From contig JBAYKY010000001.1 of NCBI GenBank assembly GCA_041664385.1, positions 367 to 64,366 of the forward strand: a stretch of DNA of 64,000 nucleotides, given 5' to 3'. Below, in pieces: positions 1 through 9,336 of the stretch (positions are counted from its first letter, which is position 1; each line of letters opens with the position of its first letter). The position numbers and the translations under genes are program-made. Source of the DNA: Minisyncoccota bacterium (lineage in GTDB: Bacteria; Patescibacteriota; Minisyncoccia; UBA6257; GWB1-50-10). Below the pieces are notes generated by a model. That model ran no database searches. It saw nothing but the letters and a program-made list of their open reading frames with translations, and was not told the origin of the DNA.

Positions 1-402
1 ATGCAGAGCATAAGTCCGAATGCGGTATATGCAAAAAGCGAAGAAAGATCCGTAACTGATGAATGATACCAGAGAAAACTCCCTATTCCTGCGACGAGAA
101 AGCCTAACCATGCGGTGATTGAGACAGTGAGCACATACAAGAATGGATTATCGTATTCCTTGATAGAAGGAATATTATACCAGGCGTTTATCACGGCCAT
201 AAAAATAGCGGCGACAAGTGCGTCATTGAGAACAGAGAATGGAATACCCGACCATGTTCCCATTGCAAGGATGGGGACGCTTCTCCCGCGTTCTATACCA
301 AAAACAAACCAGAGAAGATAGACGAGCAATCCTGCCAAAAGATACAGCGGAATTTGTCGAATGAGAACAAATGGATAACGAGAAAACAGGCCTTGTTTCA
401 TT
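1..402 (-). CDS. Hypothetical polytopic membrane protein; start codon at 402, C-terminal end runs off the window
   Basis: Reverse-complement translation from ATG at 400-402 gives MKQGLFSRYPFVLIRQIPLYLLAGLLVYLLWFVFG..., a hydrophobic multi-TM sequence; the + ORF 115-321 is its antisense shadow. Confidence 0.4.
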
Positions 403-651
403 GGTTTTCCTTTCATATTATGGTGAAAGATACTGGTTCGATTATGCAATAAAAGTCGATATTAAGTCAATGAATATTGGAAGTATTCATGTATGATAAA
501 AAGAATGGATCATCCGAAGCATTCTCACATCATTTATTGGATTATCGGCTTTCTTATTGTGATACTCGGACTCCTTTTATATCCTGAGATCGCAGTTCCT
601 CACGCTGAAACACCTTCTGTGATACCACAGAGCAATTAAAAACGAATTTCG

Positions 652-1365
652 ATGAGTACTGTTCTGACCGCGACTCAAGTTGAAAGGGAGCTTAAACGAC
701 ACGGAACTAAAGTAAAGGCTAAAGCTTCCGCGTGGTTTTTTAAAACAGAAAAGGGGCAATATGGTTATGGTGACGTATTTATCGGCGTCACTGTTCCTGA
801 GCAGAGGAAGATTGCAAAGGGATACAAGGAACTTCCGCTTTCAGAAATAAAAGAACTTCTTGAAAGCAAATTCCACGAATGTCGTCTCACTGCACTTCTT
901 ATTCTTACTTCTCAATTTATAAGTGCAAACACACGCACGCGCGAACGTATTGTGAAGTTTTATCTTGCAAATATAAAACGTGTGAACAATTGGGACCTTG
1001 TAGATTCTTCTGCTCCTTATATTTTGGGTGAGCATCTTCTCAATAAGAAACGAGATATTCTTTACACTCTTGTGAAATCGAAGAATATTTGGGAGCGACG
1101 TATTGCAATGCTCTCGACCTTTGCATTTATACGAAACAACGAGTTCGCGGACACTTTTTCCATTGCTGAACATTTACTCTCTGATACTCACGATCTCATC
1201 CATAAGGCGACGGGATGGATGTTGCGCGAAGTAGGAAAGCGTTCTCACTCAGCACTTATAATGTTTCTTAAGATTCACGTTTCCCAAATACCGCGTACTG
1301 CGTTGCGGTATGCAATAGAACGTCTTTCAAAAAATGAAAGAAAGATATTCCTGGGCAAAAAATGA
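652..1365 (+). CDS. DNA alkylation repair protein (AlkD/AlkC-like HEAT-repeat family)
   Basis: 237 aa; composition and length resemble the DNA_alkylation repair family; no catalytic motif checked. Confidence 0.55.
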   Translation: MSTVLTATQVERELKRHGTKVKAKASAWFFKTEKGQYGYGDVFIGVTVPEQRKIAKGYKELPLSEIKELLESKFHECRLTALLILTSQFISANTRTRERIVKFYLANIKRVNNWDLVDSSAPYILGEHLLNKKRDILYTLVKSKNIWERRIAMLSTFAFIRNNEFADTFSIAEHLLSDTHDLIHKATGWMLREVGKRSHSALIMFLKIHVSQIPRTALRYAIERLSKNERKIFLGKK

Positions 1366-1370
1366 GAATA

Positions 1371-2231
1371 TTAAAATGTGCGAGGAGTTTTTCCCGCAAC
1401 CTGAATACGTTTCAAAATAAGTTTTCCCTGATGAACCTCCGCTTCTAAAAGTTTCGTGCGTTCCTTATTACGAATAGTATAGACTCCGGGTTCCATACCC
1501 AATGCACGAATTTTTTTATCAATTATTACCGCTTGCTCTGAGTTTGTCCCAGAAAGCGCCTCTTCTAAATTTTTCTCATCAACGAACCCATCTTCGGTTT
1601 TGAATTTTGAGGTAAATGTGGCTTTTGATTCATCCTGTGGTTTTGCTTCTTTAATAGCCCTTTCAATATTGGGAAGTGTTTTAATGAGCATTTCAGCACC
1701 AAGTCGCGCAAGCGCATCATGAAGTGCGGGATAGGTAAGCGAGGTAAGCTCATAGGATTCAAGTACCTCCTCGGAAAGGATTGAACCGTGGTCTACTTTT
1801 TCATCAACCATAAAGAGTGAAACGCCCGTTTCCTTTTCATTAGAGAGAAGTGCGGATTGGATTGGTGTAGCGCCACGAAAATGGGGAAGAAGGGAGGGAT
1901 GAATGCCAATGGTACCAAGGCGGGGAATATCTAGTATTCGCTTCGGAATAATAAGCCCATAAGCCGCGACGACAAAAAGGTCATAATTTCCCGCTTTTAA
2001 TTGTTCTTCGATTTCTGATACTTTTTCTGGTTGGAATATCTCAATCTGCTCACGAATATCTTCTTGTTGATCAAGAATACTTTGTTTTGCAGGAGGAGGA
2101 GTAATAATTTTCTTTCTGCCTACGGGACGATCAGGATTGCAGATAAGCGCGGCAGGCGGAAGTCCTGCACCAATAAGTCGTTCGAGAATAATGGCGGCAA
2201 ATTCAGGTGTACCGAAAAATGCGTATTTCAT
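1371..2231 (-). CDS. fmt: Methionyl-tRNA formyltransferase
   Basis: N-terminal MKYAFFGTPEFA signature; sits directly downstream of def as in the canonical def-fmt operon. Confidence 0.9.
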   Translation of the reverse strand: MKYAFFGTPEFAAIILERLIGAGLPPAALICNPDRPVGRKKIITPPPAKQSILDQQEDIREQIEIFQPEKVSEIEEQLKAGNYDLFVVAAYGLIIPKRILDIPRLGTIGIHPSLLPHFRGATPIQSALLSNEKETGVSLFMVDEKVDHGSILSEEVLESYELTSLTYPALHDALARLGAEMLIKTLPNIERAIKEAKPQDESKATFTSKFKTEDGFVDEKNLEEALSGTNSEQAVIIDKKIRALGMEPGVYTIRNKERTKLLEAEVHQGKLILKRIQVAGKTPRTF

Positions 2232-2747
2232 TTATTTCTTTGGAGGAAGCTTTTCCTTTGGAACGAGTTTAGTCAGTGTTTTTGCTTTATCAATAAAAAG
2301 CTTGCCGCTTAAGTGATCAGTTTCATGTTGGAATACTCGTGCAAGAAGTCCCCATGCTTTAATTTTTATTTTCCTCTCGTGGATATCAAATCCCTCAAGG
2401 GTTACACGGTACGATCGTGGAGTGGGCCCATATACTTCAGGAACACTAAGACAGCCTTCTTCAATCGTTATCATTTCACTTGAAACCTTAGTAAGCACGG
2501 GATTAAAAATAGCGTAAAATTTCTGACGGCCTTGTGTATCAGGAACTTGTGCAACAAAGAAACATTCATCACGCCCCACTTGGTTGGCACTCAGTCCCAC
2601 TCCGTTTGCTTTCTTCATCGTTTCTCGCATTCTTTTTACGAGAACAAGGAGTTCTTTTTTGTCGTACTTCGAAAAATCAAAAGCCGCCGTTTTCTTTCTT
2701 AAAAAGGCCTCACTCTCTTTTTTACTTATGGTAACTATTGGATCCAT
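2232..2747 (-). CDS. def: Peptide deformylase
   Basis: EGCLSVP motif and metal-binding QHETDHLSG (HExxH) motif; abuts fmt. Confidence 0.9.
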   Translation of the reverse strand: MDPIVTISKKESEAFLRKKTAAFDFSKYDKKELLVLVKRMRETMKKANGVGLSANQVGRDECFFVAQVPDTQGRQKFYAIFNPVLTKVSSEMITIEEGCLSVPEVYGPTPRSYRVTLEGFDIHERKIKIKAWGLLARVFQHETDHLSGKLFIDKAKTLTKLVPKEKLPPKK

Positions 2748-2853
2748 CCCGTTAGAAAATTAAAACTACTCTTTTTCCGACTAAAGATATAATAACAGTA
2801 TTAACGTGATATTGATCAAAAATCATATTTGGCAATCTTCTAACGGGATCCAT
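2741..2853. repeat. Inverted-repeat element, locus 1: ATCCCGTTAGAA ... 80 bp AT-rich spacer ... TTCTAACGGGAT
   Basis: 12-nt perfect inverted repeat; left arm overlaps the def start codon (reverse strand reads TCTAACGGG-ATG-GATCC); right arm overlaps the stop codon of the 2840-3115 ORF. Confidence 0.8.
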
Positions 2854-3115
2854 TTGATTTGTTATCTTTGCTCAAGAGTACTCTCATAAAATAAGCACCT
2901 TTCTTTTTTATATTTTTCGTTTCCGCAACTCGCTTTGCAATAGAAAGAAGATGGTTCGCATCAAATTGCTTTGCAAGTTTTATATATAGTCCCGCATGAG
3001 CATTATCTCCCAAAATTTCTGAGATAGTGAGGCCAGTAAGTTGAAATTCCTGATACACTTTACTTTTTGACCCTTTTTCTCTCAATGCTTTCATATAATT
3101 CTCATCGAACGGCAT
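2840..3115 (-). CDS. Hypothetical small protein (91 aa)
   Basis: ORF only; stop codon TAG lies inside the inverted-repeat arm. Confidence 0.35.
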   Translation of the reverse strand: MPFDENYMKALREKGSKSKVYQEFQLTGLTISEILGDNAHAGLYIKLAKQFDANHLLSIAKRVAETKNIKKKGAYFMRVLLSKDNKSNGSR

Positions 3116-3152
3116 TGTTTCTATTCTATGGTATTATGAGAACGAAGAAAAG

Positions 3153-4430
3153 GTGATGTACAAGAAGTCACCCTTCGTGATTAAATTAATAGATACTATG
3201 ATACAAAAATATTTGAAGAACACTGGTATTATATTGCTCCTCCTTCTTATTATCGGAAGTATTGCATTAGGAAGTTATAACCTAGGGAAAAAAGCAGGAG
3301 TAGAGCGCTCAATAGTAATTACTGACAGCAAACAGATTATCAATGCCGATTTTTCTCTTTTCTGGAACGCAGTCGATCTTGCAAAGCAAAAACAAGTAGA
3401 TGCAGGTGAAGTAAAAGACGATAAACTTCTCTATGGTGCAATTAAAGGAGCGATTGCGGCATTTGGCGATCCTTATACCTCATTCTTTGAACCATCGGAT
3501 GCAAAGAAATTCGAACAAGATTTGAATGGAAGTTTTGGTGGCATCGGTGCACAAATAGGCATACGAGATGATCAAATAGTGGTGATAGCGCCACTTAAAG
3601 GAAATCCTGCAGAAGCAGCGGGGCTAAAGCCTATGGATAAGATTCTTAAGATAAACGACGCATTTACCGCAGGGATGAATGAAGAGGATGCAGTAAAAAT
3701 AATTCGTGGAGAGGTAGGCACTGAAGTAAAACTTCTTATTTTGCGCAATGGATGGAAGGACGCAAAAGAATTTAAAATTACGCGCGCGGTTATTCAGGTA
3801 CCTACGCTTGATACCACAATGAAAACATTGAAATCAGGAGAAAAAGTGGCATACATGCAATTGTATAATTTTAATTCGAATGTGCCGCCGCTTTTTAATA
3901 AGGCAGCATACCAAGCAATGACCGATGGAGCAAAAGGAATCATACTTGATATGCGTAATAATCCAGGAGGATTTCTTGATGTGGCCACCGATCTTGCAGG
4001 ATGGTTTCTTCCAAGAGGCTCGGTAGTAGTGAAAGAAAAGTATCGCTCTGGAGAAGAAAAGTCACTTTTTGCGGCAGGAAATGCATCGTTCGGAGATATT
4101 CCTATTGTTGTGTTGGTAAATAGCGGATCAGCTTCAGCATCAGAAATTCTTGCGGGTGCACTTCACGATATTCGCGGCGCGAAACTTGTAGGAGAGAAAA
4201 CGTTTGGAAAAGGAAGCGTTCAAGAAATTCAAAATCTAGAGGGAGGTGCCTCGATGAAAATAACTATCGCTCATTGGTTTACTCCCAATGGAACGGTGAT
4301 TAATAAAGTTGGTCTAAAGCCTGACGTTGAGGTGAAACTTACCGATGCAGATGTGGAAAAGAAAATCGATCCTCAGCTTGATAAGGCACTTGAAGTAATG
4401 AGTACAGAACTTGCGACAAAAAAACAATAA
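3153..4430 (+). CDS. ctp: Carboxyl-terminal processing protease, S41 family, with PDZ domain
   Basis: PDZ-like segment GLKPMDKILKIND...; S41 motifs ILDMRNNPGGFLD and VVLVNSGSASASEILAGAL; N-terminal TM anchor. Confidence 0.85.
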   Translation: MMYKKSPFVIKLIDTMIQKYLKNTGIILLLLLIIGSIALGSYNLGKKAGVERSIVITDSKQIINADFSLFWNAVDLAKQKQVDAGEVKDDKLLYGAIKGAIAAFGDPYTSFFEPSDAKKFEQDLNGSFGGIGAQIGIRDDQIVVIAPLKGNPAEAAGLKPMDKILKINDAFTAGMNEEDAVKIIRGEVGTEVKLLILRNGWKDAKEFKITRAVIQVPTLDTTMKTLKSGEKVAYMQLYNFNSNVPPLFNKAAYQAMTDGAKGIILDMRNNPGGFLDVATDLAGWFLPRGSVVVKEKYRSGEEKSLFAAGNASFGDIPIVVLVNSGSASASEILAGALHDIRGAKLVGEKTFGKGSVQEIQNLEGGASMKITIAHWFTPNGTVINKVGLKPDVEVKLTDADVEKKIDPQLDKALEVMSTELATKKQ

Positions 4431-4436
4431 ATACCT

Positions 4437-4874
4437 ATGCAAGTAATTCTCTTAAAAGATGTAAAAGGGATAGGAAAAAAAGGAGAAGTACGCAATGTGA
4501 ATGACGGATACGCACGAAACTTTCTTCTCCCTAAACAACTTGCGGTTATTGCAACTGAAAAATCGGTGGCACATATTGCACGTACTAATAGCGAACAGAT
4601 TGAGGCTGAGAAGGAGCGCATAAGAAAATTGGAAGCTCGCGCACGAGAACTCACAAAGATAAAATTACATTTCAGTTTGAAGGCAGGGGAGAAGGGAGAG
4701 ATTTTTGGTTCTGTCTCCGCACGAGATATTGAAAAGGAAATGCATCGCTTTGAAACAAATATAAAGGTACTTCTTGAACATCCCCTCAAAGTGCTCGGCA
4801 CCTTCCCTGTATCCATTGATATAGGAGAAGGTATTTGCACGACAATCACCGTTGAAATAAAACCTGAAAAATAG
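4437..4874 (+). CDS. rplI: 50S ribosomal protein L9
   Basis: [32 protein letters not shown] is a canonical L9 N-terminus. Confidence 0.9.
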   Translation: MQVILLKDVKGIGKKGEVRNVNDGYARNFLLPKQLAVIATEKSVAHIARTNSEQIEAEKERIRKLEARARELTKIKLHFSLKAGEKGEIFGSVSARDIEKEMHRFETNIKVLLEHPLKVLGTFPVSIDIGEGICTTITVEIKPEK

Positions 4875-4881
4875 AGAACAA

Positions 4882-4910
4882 AAAAATCCCGCGAGAAGCG
4901 GGATTTTGAT
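4882..4910. terminator. Bidirectional rho-independent terminator between rplI and rpmA
   Basis: AAATCCCGC-GAGAA-GCGGGATTTT hairpin with flanking A and T runs. Confidence 0.7.
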
Positions 4911-5183
4911 TTAGACGATATTTACAACGCGAACAAATTTTCGTGAACCATCGAAATGCATACGTTTCTTTGTGGTGTATTTAATAACGCCTTCTTTTTT
5001 TGCATAGAGTGTGTCGTCGCCACCACGAAGCACATTGGTGCCAGGGTAGAACTTCGTTCCACGCTGACGGATAATAACTTCTCCTGGGGCAACTTTCTCA
5101 CCATCAAAAAGCTTGACGCCAAGCCGTTTCGATTCTGATTCTCGCCCTAATTTAGTAGAGCCTTTCGCTTTGGTATGTGCCAT
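4911..5183 (-). CDS. rpmA: 50S ribosomal protein L27
   Basis: [24 protein letters not shown]... typical L27. Confidence 0.9.
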   Translation of the reverse strand: MAHTKAKGSTKLGRESESKRLGVKLFDGEKVAPGEVIIRQRGTKFYPGTNVLRGGDDTLYAKKEGVIKYTTKKRMHFDGSRKFVRVVNIV

Positions 5184-5441
5184 ATTTCTTAAGTACTAAT
5201 ACCACTGTATAATAAGTGAAATAGGGTAAAAATGTCAATCTTTCTTGCGCGAATAATGGTGTGGATAAGAGAACGTCAAAAGATAATTCTTTTTTTGTTT
5301 CTTCTTTTGTTGGTAGGAAATCTTGGATTTGCGATAGGGTATTTTGTAGCACACGGAGAAGTACGCGCACCAATTATCATTGAAAAGTGTTCAAAATAGG
5401 AATATTCTGATTGCAGCAATTCACTAAAAAAGGAGGACTGT

Positions 5442-5645
5442 ATGAAACGAAAAAAGTTGTTGAAATACAGTATTATAGTTGCGCTGGTCATAGTTATTCT
5501 TATCTTTCTCTTGAGTCCAAATCCTCTTATGACTCTGTTTTTAGCATTTTGTTATCTCTTGGTTCTTGCATTTGCAGCTGCATTTGTATGGAGCCTCAGT
5601 AAAACAAATTCGGGAAACGGATATCGGGGAATGTTTAAGAAGTAA
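5442..5645 (+). CDS. Small hydrophobic protein (67 aa, 1-2 TM)
   Basis: Strong RBS AGGAGG 7 nt upstream of ATG; followed by a hairpin terminator. Confidence 0.5.
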   Translation: MKRKKLLKYSIIVALVIVILIFLLSPNPLMTLFLAFCYLLVLAFAAAFVWSLSKTNSGNGYRGMFKK

Positions 5646-5660
5646 AAGGCAGTTTTCATA

Positions 5661-5688
5661 AAGCCGCAGGAATGCGGCTTTCTATTTG
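5661..5688 (+). terminator. Rho-independent terminator
   Basis: AAGCCGCA-GGAA-TGCGGCTT followed by TCTATTT. Confidence 0.6.
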
Positions 5689-5731
5689 AAATTAGTAAAA
5701 TAATTTGTATACTAGAGAGGCATTTGTATAT

Positions 5732-5815
5732 GCGCGGGTGGCGAAACTGGCAGACGCACTACCTTGAGGTGGTAGCGCCCGCAAGGGCTTGCAGGTTCAA
5801 CTCCTGTCCCGCGCA
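5732..5815 (+). tRNA. tRNA-Leu (anticodon GAG), long variable arm; CCA not encoded
   Basis: Acceptor GCGCGGG/CCCGCGC; D-arm GGCAGACGC; anticodon stem CTACC/GGTAG with loop TTGAGGT; long variable arm; T-loop TTCAACT. Confidence 0.85.
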
Positions 5816-5823
5816 CTAATATC

Positions 5824-5850
5824 AAAAGGACGTTTAACAACGTCTTTTTT
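5824..5850 (+). terminator. Hairpin terminator after tRNA-Leu
   Basis: AAAAGGACGTT-TAAC-AACGTC-TTTTTT. Confidence 0.6.
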
Positions 5851-5936
5851 GATATCCATGTCAGTAGGAGTTGAACCGTAGGCCGAAAACCTCGAAGAGA
5901 GGGGGTAGGTCTCGAACATAGCAATGTGAGAGGCAA

Positions 5937-5990
5937 CTCCTGTCCCGCGCACTAATATCAAAAGGACGTTTAACAACGTCTTTTTGATAT
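5937..5990 (+). repeat. Direct duplicate of the tRNA-Leu 3' end (T-arm/acceptor) plus its terminator hairpin
   Basis: CTCCTGTCCCGCGCACTAATATCAAAAGGACGTTTAACAACGTCTTTTT occurs at 5801-5850 and again at 5937-5985, period about 136 bp. Confidence 0.8.
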
Positions 5991-6086
5991 TTAGATTATA
6001 TTGACTATATTCATATTTTATGCGATACTCATTTCAGTTCACGTTTCAAAATAGACAACGTACTTAACAATAAGGAGTTGAACGGT

Positions 6087-6452
6087 ATGAGCAAAATAAC
6101 GATTTTGTTCGTAGAAAGTAGGGGAGAGTGGCACCGGATTTGGGGAGAAATCCTAAAGGACGAATCAAGAGCATTATTCCACGCATCTTCAATCGATGAA
6201 GCAGAAGAACTTTTTCTCGAGCATCCGGAGATAGACATAATCGCAATGAGCGCGTGCATTTCGGGACATGAACCGGACACGATTCAACTTGTGCAAAAAA
6301 TGAGACAATCGTTCAAGGGTCCCATGATTGCGATGTCGAGCATACTCGTACATCGGAAAACACTCTGTGAAGCAGGGTGCAATCTTGAGAGTGAGAAACT
6401 AGTACTCCCTGATCTAGTTCTCAAAATCATCGCCCAAATGGCAATGCAATGA
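6087..6452 (+). CDS. Stand-alone atypical (pseudo-)receiver domain protein
   Basis: CheY-like alternation of hydrophobic strands, but ES replaces the acidic DD pair (KITILFVESRGE) and Ser sits at the expected phospho-Asp position (IDIIAMS); RBS AAGGAG upstream of ATG 6087. Confidence 0.5.
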   Translation: MSKITILFVESRGEWHRIWGEILKDESRALFHASSIDEAEELFLEHPEIDIIAMSACISGHEPDTIQLVQKMRQSFKGPMIAMSSILVHRKTLCEAGCNLESEKLVLPDLVLKIIAQMAMQ

Positions 6453-6456
6453 AGAG

Positions 6457-6493
6457 TACCTCCGAATCCGCAAGGAAACGGAGGTTTTTATTT
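6457..6493 (+). terminator. Rho-independent terminator
   Basis: CCTCCG-loop-CGGAGG followed by TTTTTATTT. Confidence 0.7.
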
Positions 6494-6508
6494 GCGAGGC
6501 AGGGAATA

Positions 6509-6537
6509 TTGACAAATACTACATAATATGATACAAT
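6509..6537 (+). promoter_or_regulatory. Sigma70-like promoter TTGACA-N17-TACAAT
   Basis: Consensus -35 TTGACA, 17-nt spacer, -10 TACAAT, about 50 nt upstream of ATG 6586 with RBS AAGGAAGG. Confidence 0.6.
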
Positions 6538-6585
6538 CCCTACGTTAACTAGCACCCCACAATTTAATAATAAGGAAGGAAATTC

Positions 6586-6927
6586 ATGAAGAAAATCGTG
6601 ATAGTTGTAGGAATTATTATTCTCTCGTTCTTCGGAACAAAACATTTTGAGATGAGTGCGAAAATTGCACCACTCGAAGAGAAGTTTTTCACTGTAGCTG
6701 ATTCTTTCGACGGAACAAAAGAACGTGCAATATATGGTCCGTCAGTATACAAAGGACAGCTCGATAAGATCGTAAATGAACGTAACCATCTTTTACAACA
6801 ATTCCGTTATTTGAAGGTTGGTGGATGGATAGTTCGAGGCGGACGACCAGAGGCAGTTATTATATGCATCTATGCGGGATTTTTACCGCAAAAGTGGTAC
6901 GACACTATTGCATCGTACAATATGTAA
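6586..6927 (+). CDS. Hypothetical membrane-anchored protein (113 aa)
   Basis: N-terminal TM helix; flanked by a consensus promoter and a terminator. Confidence 0.5.
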   Translation: MKKIVIVVGIIILSFFGTKHFEMSAKIAPLEEKFFTVADSFDGTKERAIYGPSVYKGQLDKIVNERNHLLQQFRYLKVGGWIVRGGRPEAVIICIYAGFLPQKWYDTIASYNM

Positions 6928-6940
6928 GATTAGTTATATG

Positions 6941-6968
6941 AGCGACTCTATGAGTCGCTTTTTTTTGT
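6941..6968 (+). terminator. Rho-independent terminator
   Basis: AGCGACTC-TATG-AGTCGCT followed by TTTTTTT. Confidence 0.75.
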
Positions 6969-7007
6969 CTTTAAAAGGTATGTGGTACAAGGTATAATAG
7001 AATTACT

Positions 7008-7352
7008 ATGGTTTTCACCGCATTATCGAAACAAAAAACACTGGGAATACTTATCATTATAAGCGTCTTACTCATGGTGGTGTCCTTCGGTATTGTGATA
7101 ATAAATTATGGAAGTATCGCGCAAACCATCGTTCTTCATTTTGATGCCTTTCAGGGTGTTGATCTTTTTGGTTCACGAGCAAATTTATGGGGCGTGTGGG
7201 TGTTAGGACTCGTGATGATGATGGTGAACGGTATTCTTTGTTATGAATTTTATCATCGTGAACGTTTTCTCTCGTATCTTTTTCTTGTGGGAAACATACT
7301 TATAGGCATGTTAGTACTTATCATTAATTCTGTGCTTATTTCTATTAATTAA
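7008..7352 (+). CDS. Hypothetical small integral membrane protein
   Basis: Three predicted TM helices. Confidence 0.45.
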   Translation: MVFTALSKQKTLGILIIISVLLMVVSFGIVIINYGSIAQTIVLHFDAFQGVDLFGSRANLWGVWVLGLVMMMVNGILCYEFYHRERFLSYLFLVGNILIGMLVLIINSVLISIN

Positions 7353-7355
7353 TAT

Positions 7356-8438
7356 ATGAATACCTTTTTTAGTATATTTCTCGTAGTTATTCTCGCGATT
7401 GTTATTGGAGGGTTTATTATTCTTTTTCGAATGATGAAAAAGAACGGAGAACCAGACGATGCGCAATCCTTGCTTCTTCTCCAAAATCAAATGCAAACAC
7501 AATTTCAGGAATTAAGACGTTCTGTTGAACGAGGATTCGGTGATTCGGTGCAATTTATGCAACACCAAACGGGAGCATCACAACAAATTATTCGCGATGT
7601 AACTGAACGCCTCACCAAACTCGATGAGACAAATCGCCAAGTGGTTAATTTTGCCGACCAACTTCAATCACTTCAGGATATTTTGAAAAATCCAAAGCAG
7701 CGGGGTATTTTAGGAGAATTTTATTTAGAAACGCTTTTGAAAAATGTTTTACCTCCGGGAAGTTATGAGGTGCAATATCATATGGGAAAAGACGAGAATA
7801 CCGGAAAAGACCTTATTGTTGATGCGGTGGTATTTGTGAAAGATAAAATTATTCCCATTGATTCAAAATTTTCTTTGGAAAACTACAATCGCCTTGTGGA
7901 GGAAAAAGATCCGGTAGAGCGAGAGAAATTAGAAAAACTGTTTAAGAGCGATCTTAAAAATCGCATCGATGAGACTGCAAAATATGTACAACCATCAAAA
8001 GGCACCATGGATTTTGCATTTATGTTTATTCCCCATGAGGCAATTTATTATGACCTCTTGGTGGCTCAGGTGGGTGCAGTGAAGGTGAATACTCGGGATT
8101 TAATCGAATACGCATTTAAAGAAAAGCACGTGATTATCGTGTCGCCAACCTCATTTCTTGCATATCTTCAAACGGTCTTACAAGGACTTAAAGCACTTCA
8201 AATTGAGGAATCTGCAAAGGATATTATTAAGCGCGTAGAAGAATTAGGAAAACATATCGCGAGTTATGAATCATGGGTTCAAAAATTAGGAAATAATCTT
8301 GATACCACAGTGAAGTCTTATAACGCGGCCTATAAAGAATTGGGAAAGATTGATAAAGATGTAATGCGTATTACCAAGGGTGAGGCAGTAATAGAGCCAA
8401 TGGTGCTTGAGTCGCCAACGCATCGCGAAATGGAATAG
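7356..8438 (+). CDS. rmuC: DNA recombination protein RmuC
   Basis: N-terminal TM, central coiled-coil region, C-terminal RmuC nuclease-like region (IPIDSKFSLENY..., FAFMFIPHEAIYY, HVIIVSPTSFLAYL). Confidence 0.85.
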   Translation: MNTFFSIFLVVILAIVIGGFIILFRMMKKNGEPDDAQSLLLLQNQMQTQFQELRRSVERGFGDSVQFMQHQTGASQQIIRDVTERLTKLDETNRQVVNFADQLQSLQDILKNPKQRGILGEFYLETLLKNVLPPGSYEVQYHMGKDENTGKDLIVDAVVFVKDKIIPIDSKFSLENYNRLVEEKDPVEREKLEKLFKSDLKNRIDETAKYVQPSKGTMDFAFMFIPHEAIYYDLLVAQVGAVKVNTRDLIEYAFKEKHVIIVSPTSFLAYLQTVLQGLKALQIEESAKDIIKRVEELGKHIASYESWVQKLGNNLDTTVKSYNAAYKELGKIDKDVMRITKGEAVIEPMVLESPTHREME

Positions 8439-8439
8439 G

Positions 8440-9336
8440 ATGGAAATAGAAATAAAGAACCTTTTTGCATTCTACGACGCTCTTGGGCGGCCTCTTACTT
8501 TTCTAGAAATTCTTACCCATCTTCCAAGCCAAGGAGAAAATACGAAAGAAGTGCGGAGAATACTTGCGAAATTAATTCGGGAAAAAAATATAACAGAAGA
8601 AGAAGGATTTTATGGATTAAAAGGTAGCCATAGCAGCATCTCTCGGAGAAGACAGGATCTCTTGGGTGATATGAAATGGAAAAAGCTCGCGAAACTTTCT
8701 CGATGGTTTCGATATATTCCATTTGTTCAATTTGTAGTTGCAAGTGGTTCTCTTACGTTTGGGAATGTAAATGCACGTTCCGATTTTGATGTGGTAGTCG
8801 GAGTGTCTCGTGGGAGAATGTTTACTGCACGCTATTTTCTTCTTGCACTTTTTTCACTTTTGCACGGAAGACGGATGGACGACGCACATGAAAGTAGCCC
8901 TGATAAACTCTGTTTCAATCATTTTGTCACGCCAGATACCTACGAAAAATTACCCCACAATACATATCGACTCCAACTGTATCGAAATACGATTCCTCTT
9001 TGGGGCGATGAAAATGCCTTGCGAGATTTTATTACACAAAACGCGTGGGCAAACCTTCCTCAAAATAGTGCGTATGATGCACACAGAAACAAGTTTGCAC
9101 CAAGCAATATAAAAACAATATTGGAAAAATTCTTAAAAGGCTTTTTAGGAGAATTTGTTGAGCAAAAGATAATGCGTCCGATTGCAATGAAAAGACTCGA
9201 GAAATATATTGCAAATAAAGAAAATAACGGCCGGGTGGTCGTAAGCGATAAGGAGCTTGAATTTCATTTTAACCTTAACTACGAGAAACAATTCTCCAAT
9301 ATGACTACTTCTTTATCTTGTGAGGATTGTGATTAA
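8440..9336 (+). CDS. Hypothetical protein with nucleotidyltransferase-like motif
   Basis: GSLTFGNVNARSDFDVVVGV resembles the minimal NTase fold signature; the 3' end overlaps the convergent topA by about 30 nt. Confidence 0.4.
   Translation: MEIEIKNLFAFYDALGRPLTFLEILTHLPSQGENTKEVRRILAKLIREKNITEEEGFYGLKGSHSSISRRRQDLLGDMKWKKLAKLSRWFRYIPFVQFVVASGSLTFGNVNARSDFDVVVGVSRGRMFTARYFLLALFSLLHGRRMDDAHESSPDKLCFNHFVTPDTYEKLPHNTYRLQLYRNTIPLWGDENALRDFITQNAWANLPQNSAYDAHRNKFAPSNIKTILEKFLKGFLGEFVEQKIMRPIAMKRLEKYIANKENNGRVVVSDKELEFHFNLNYEKQFSNMTTSLSCEDCD

Noticed and set aside
115-321. 68-aa + strand ORF
   Set aside because: Lies antisense within a longer, hydrophobic - strand membrane-protein reading frame (1-402); likely a shadow ORF.
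2740-2853. Apparent extension of the locus-1 inverted repeat to GGATCCAT in both arms
   Set aside because: Largely explained by GGATCC being self-complementary; the true complementary core is 12 nt, with 2 mismatches before the AT.
5712-5936. 74-aa - strand ORF
   Set aside because: Overlaps tRNA-Leu and its duplicated 3' end; it is a translation artefact of structured RNA sequence.
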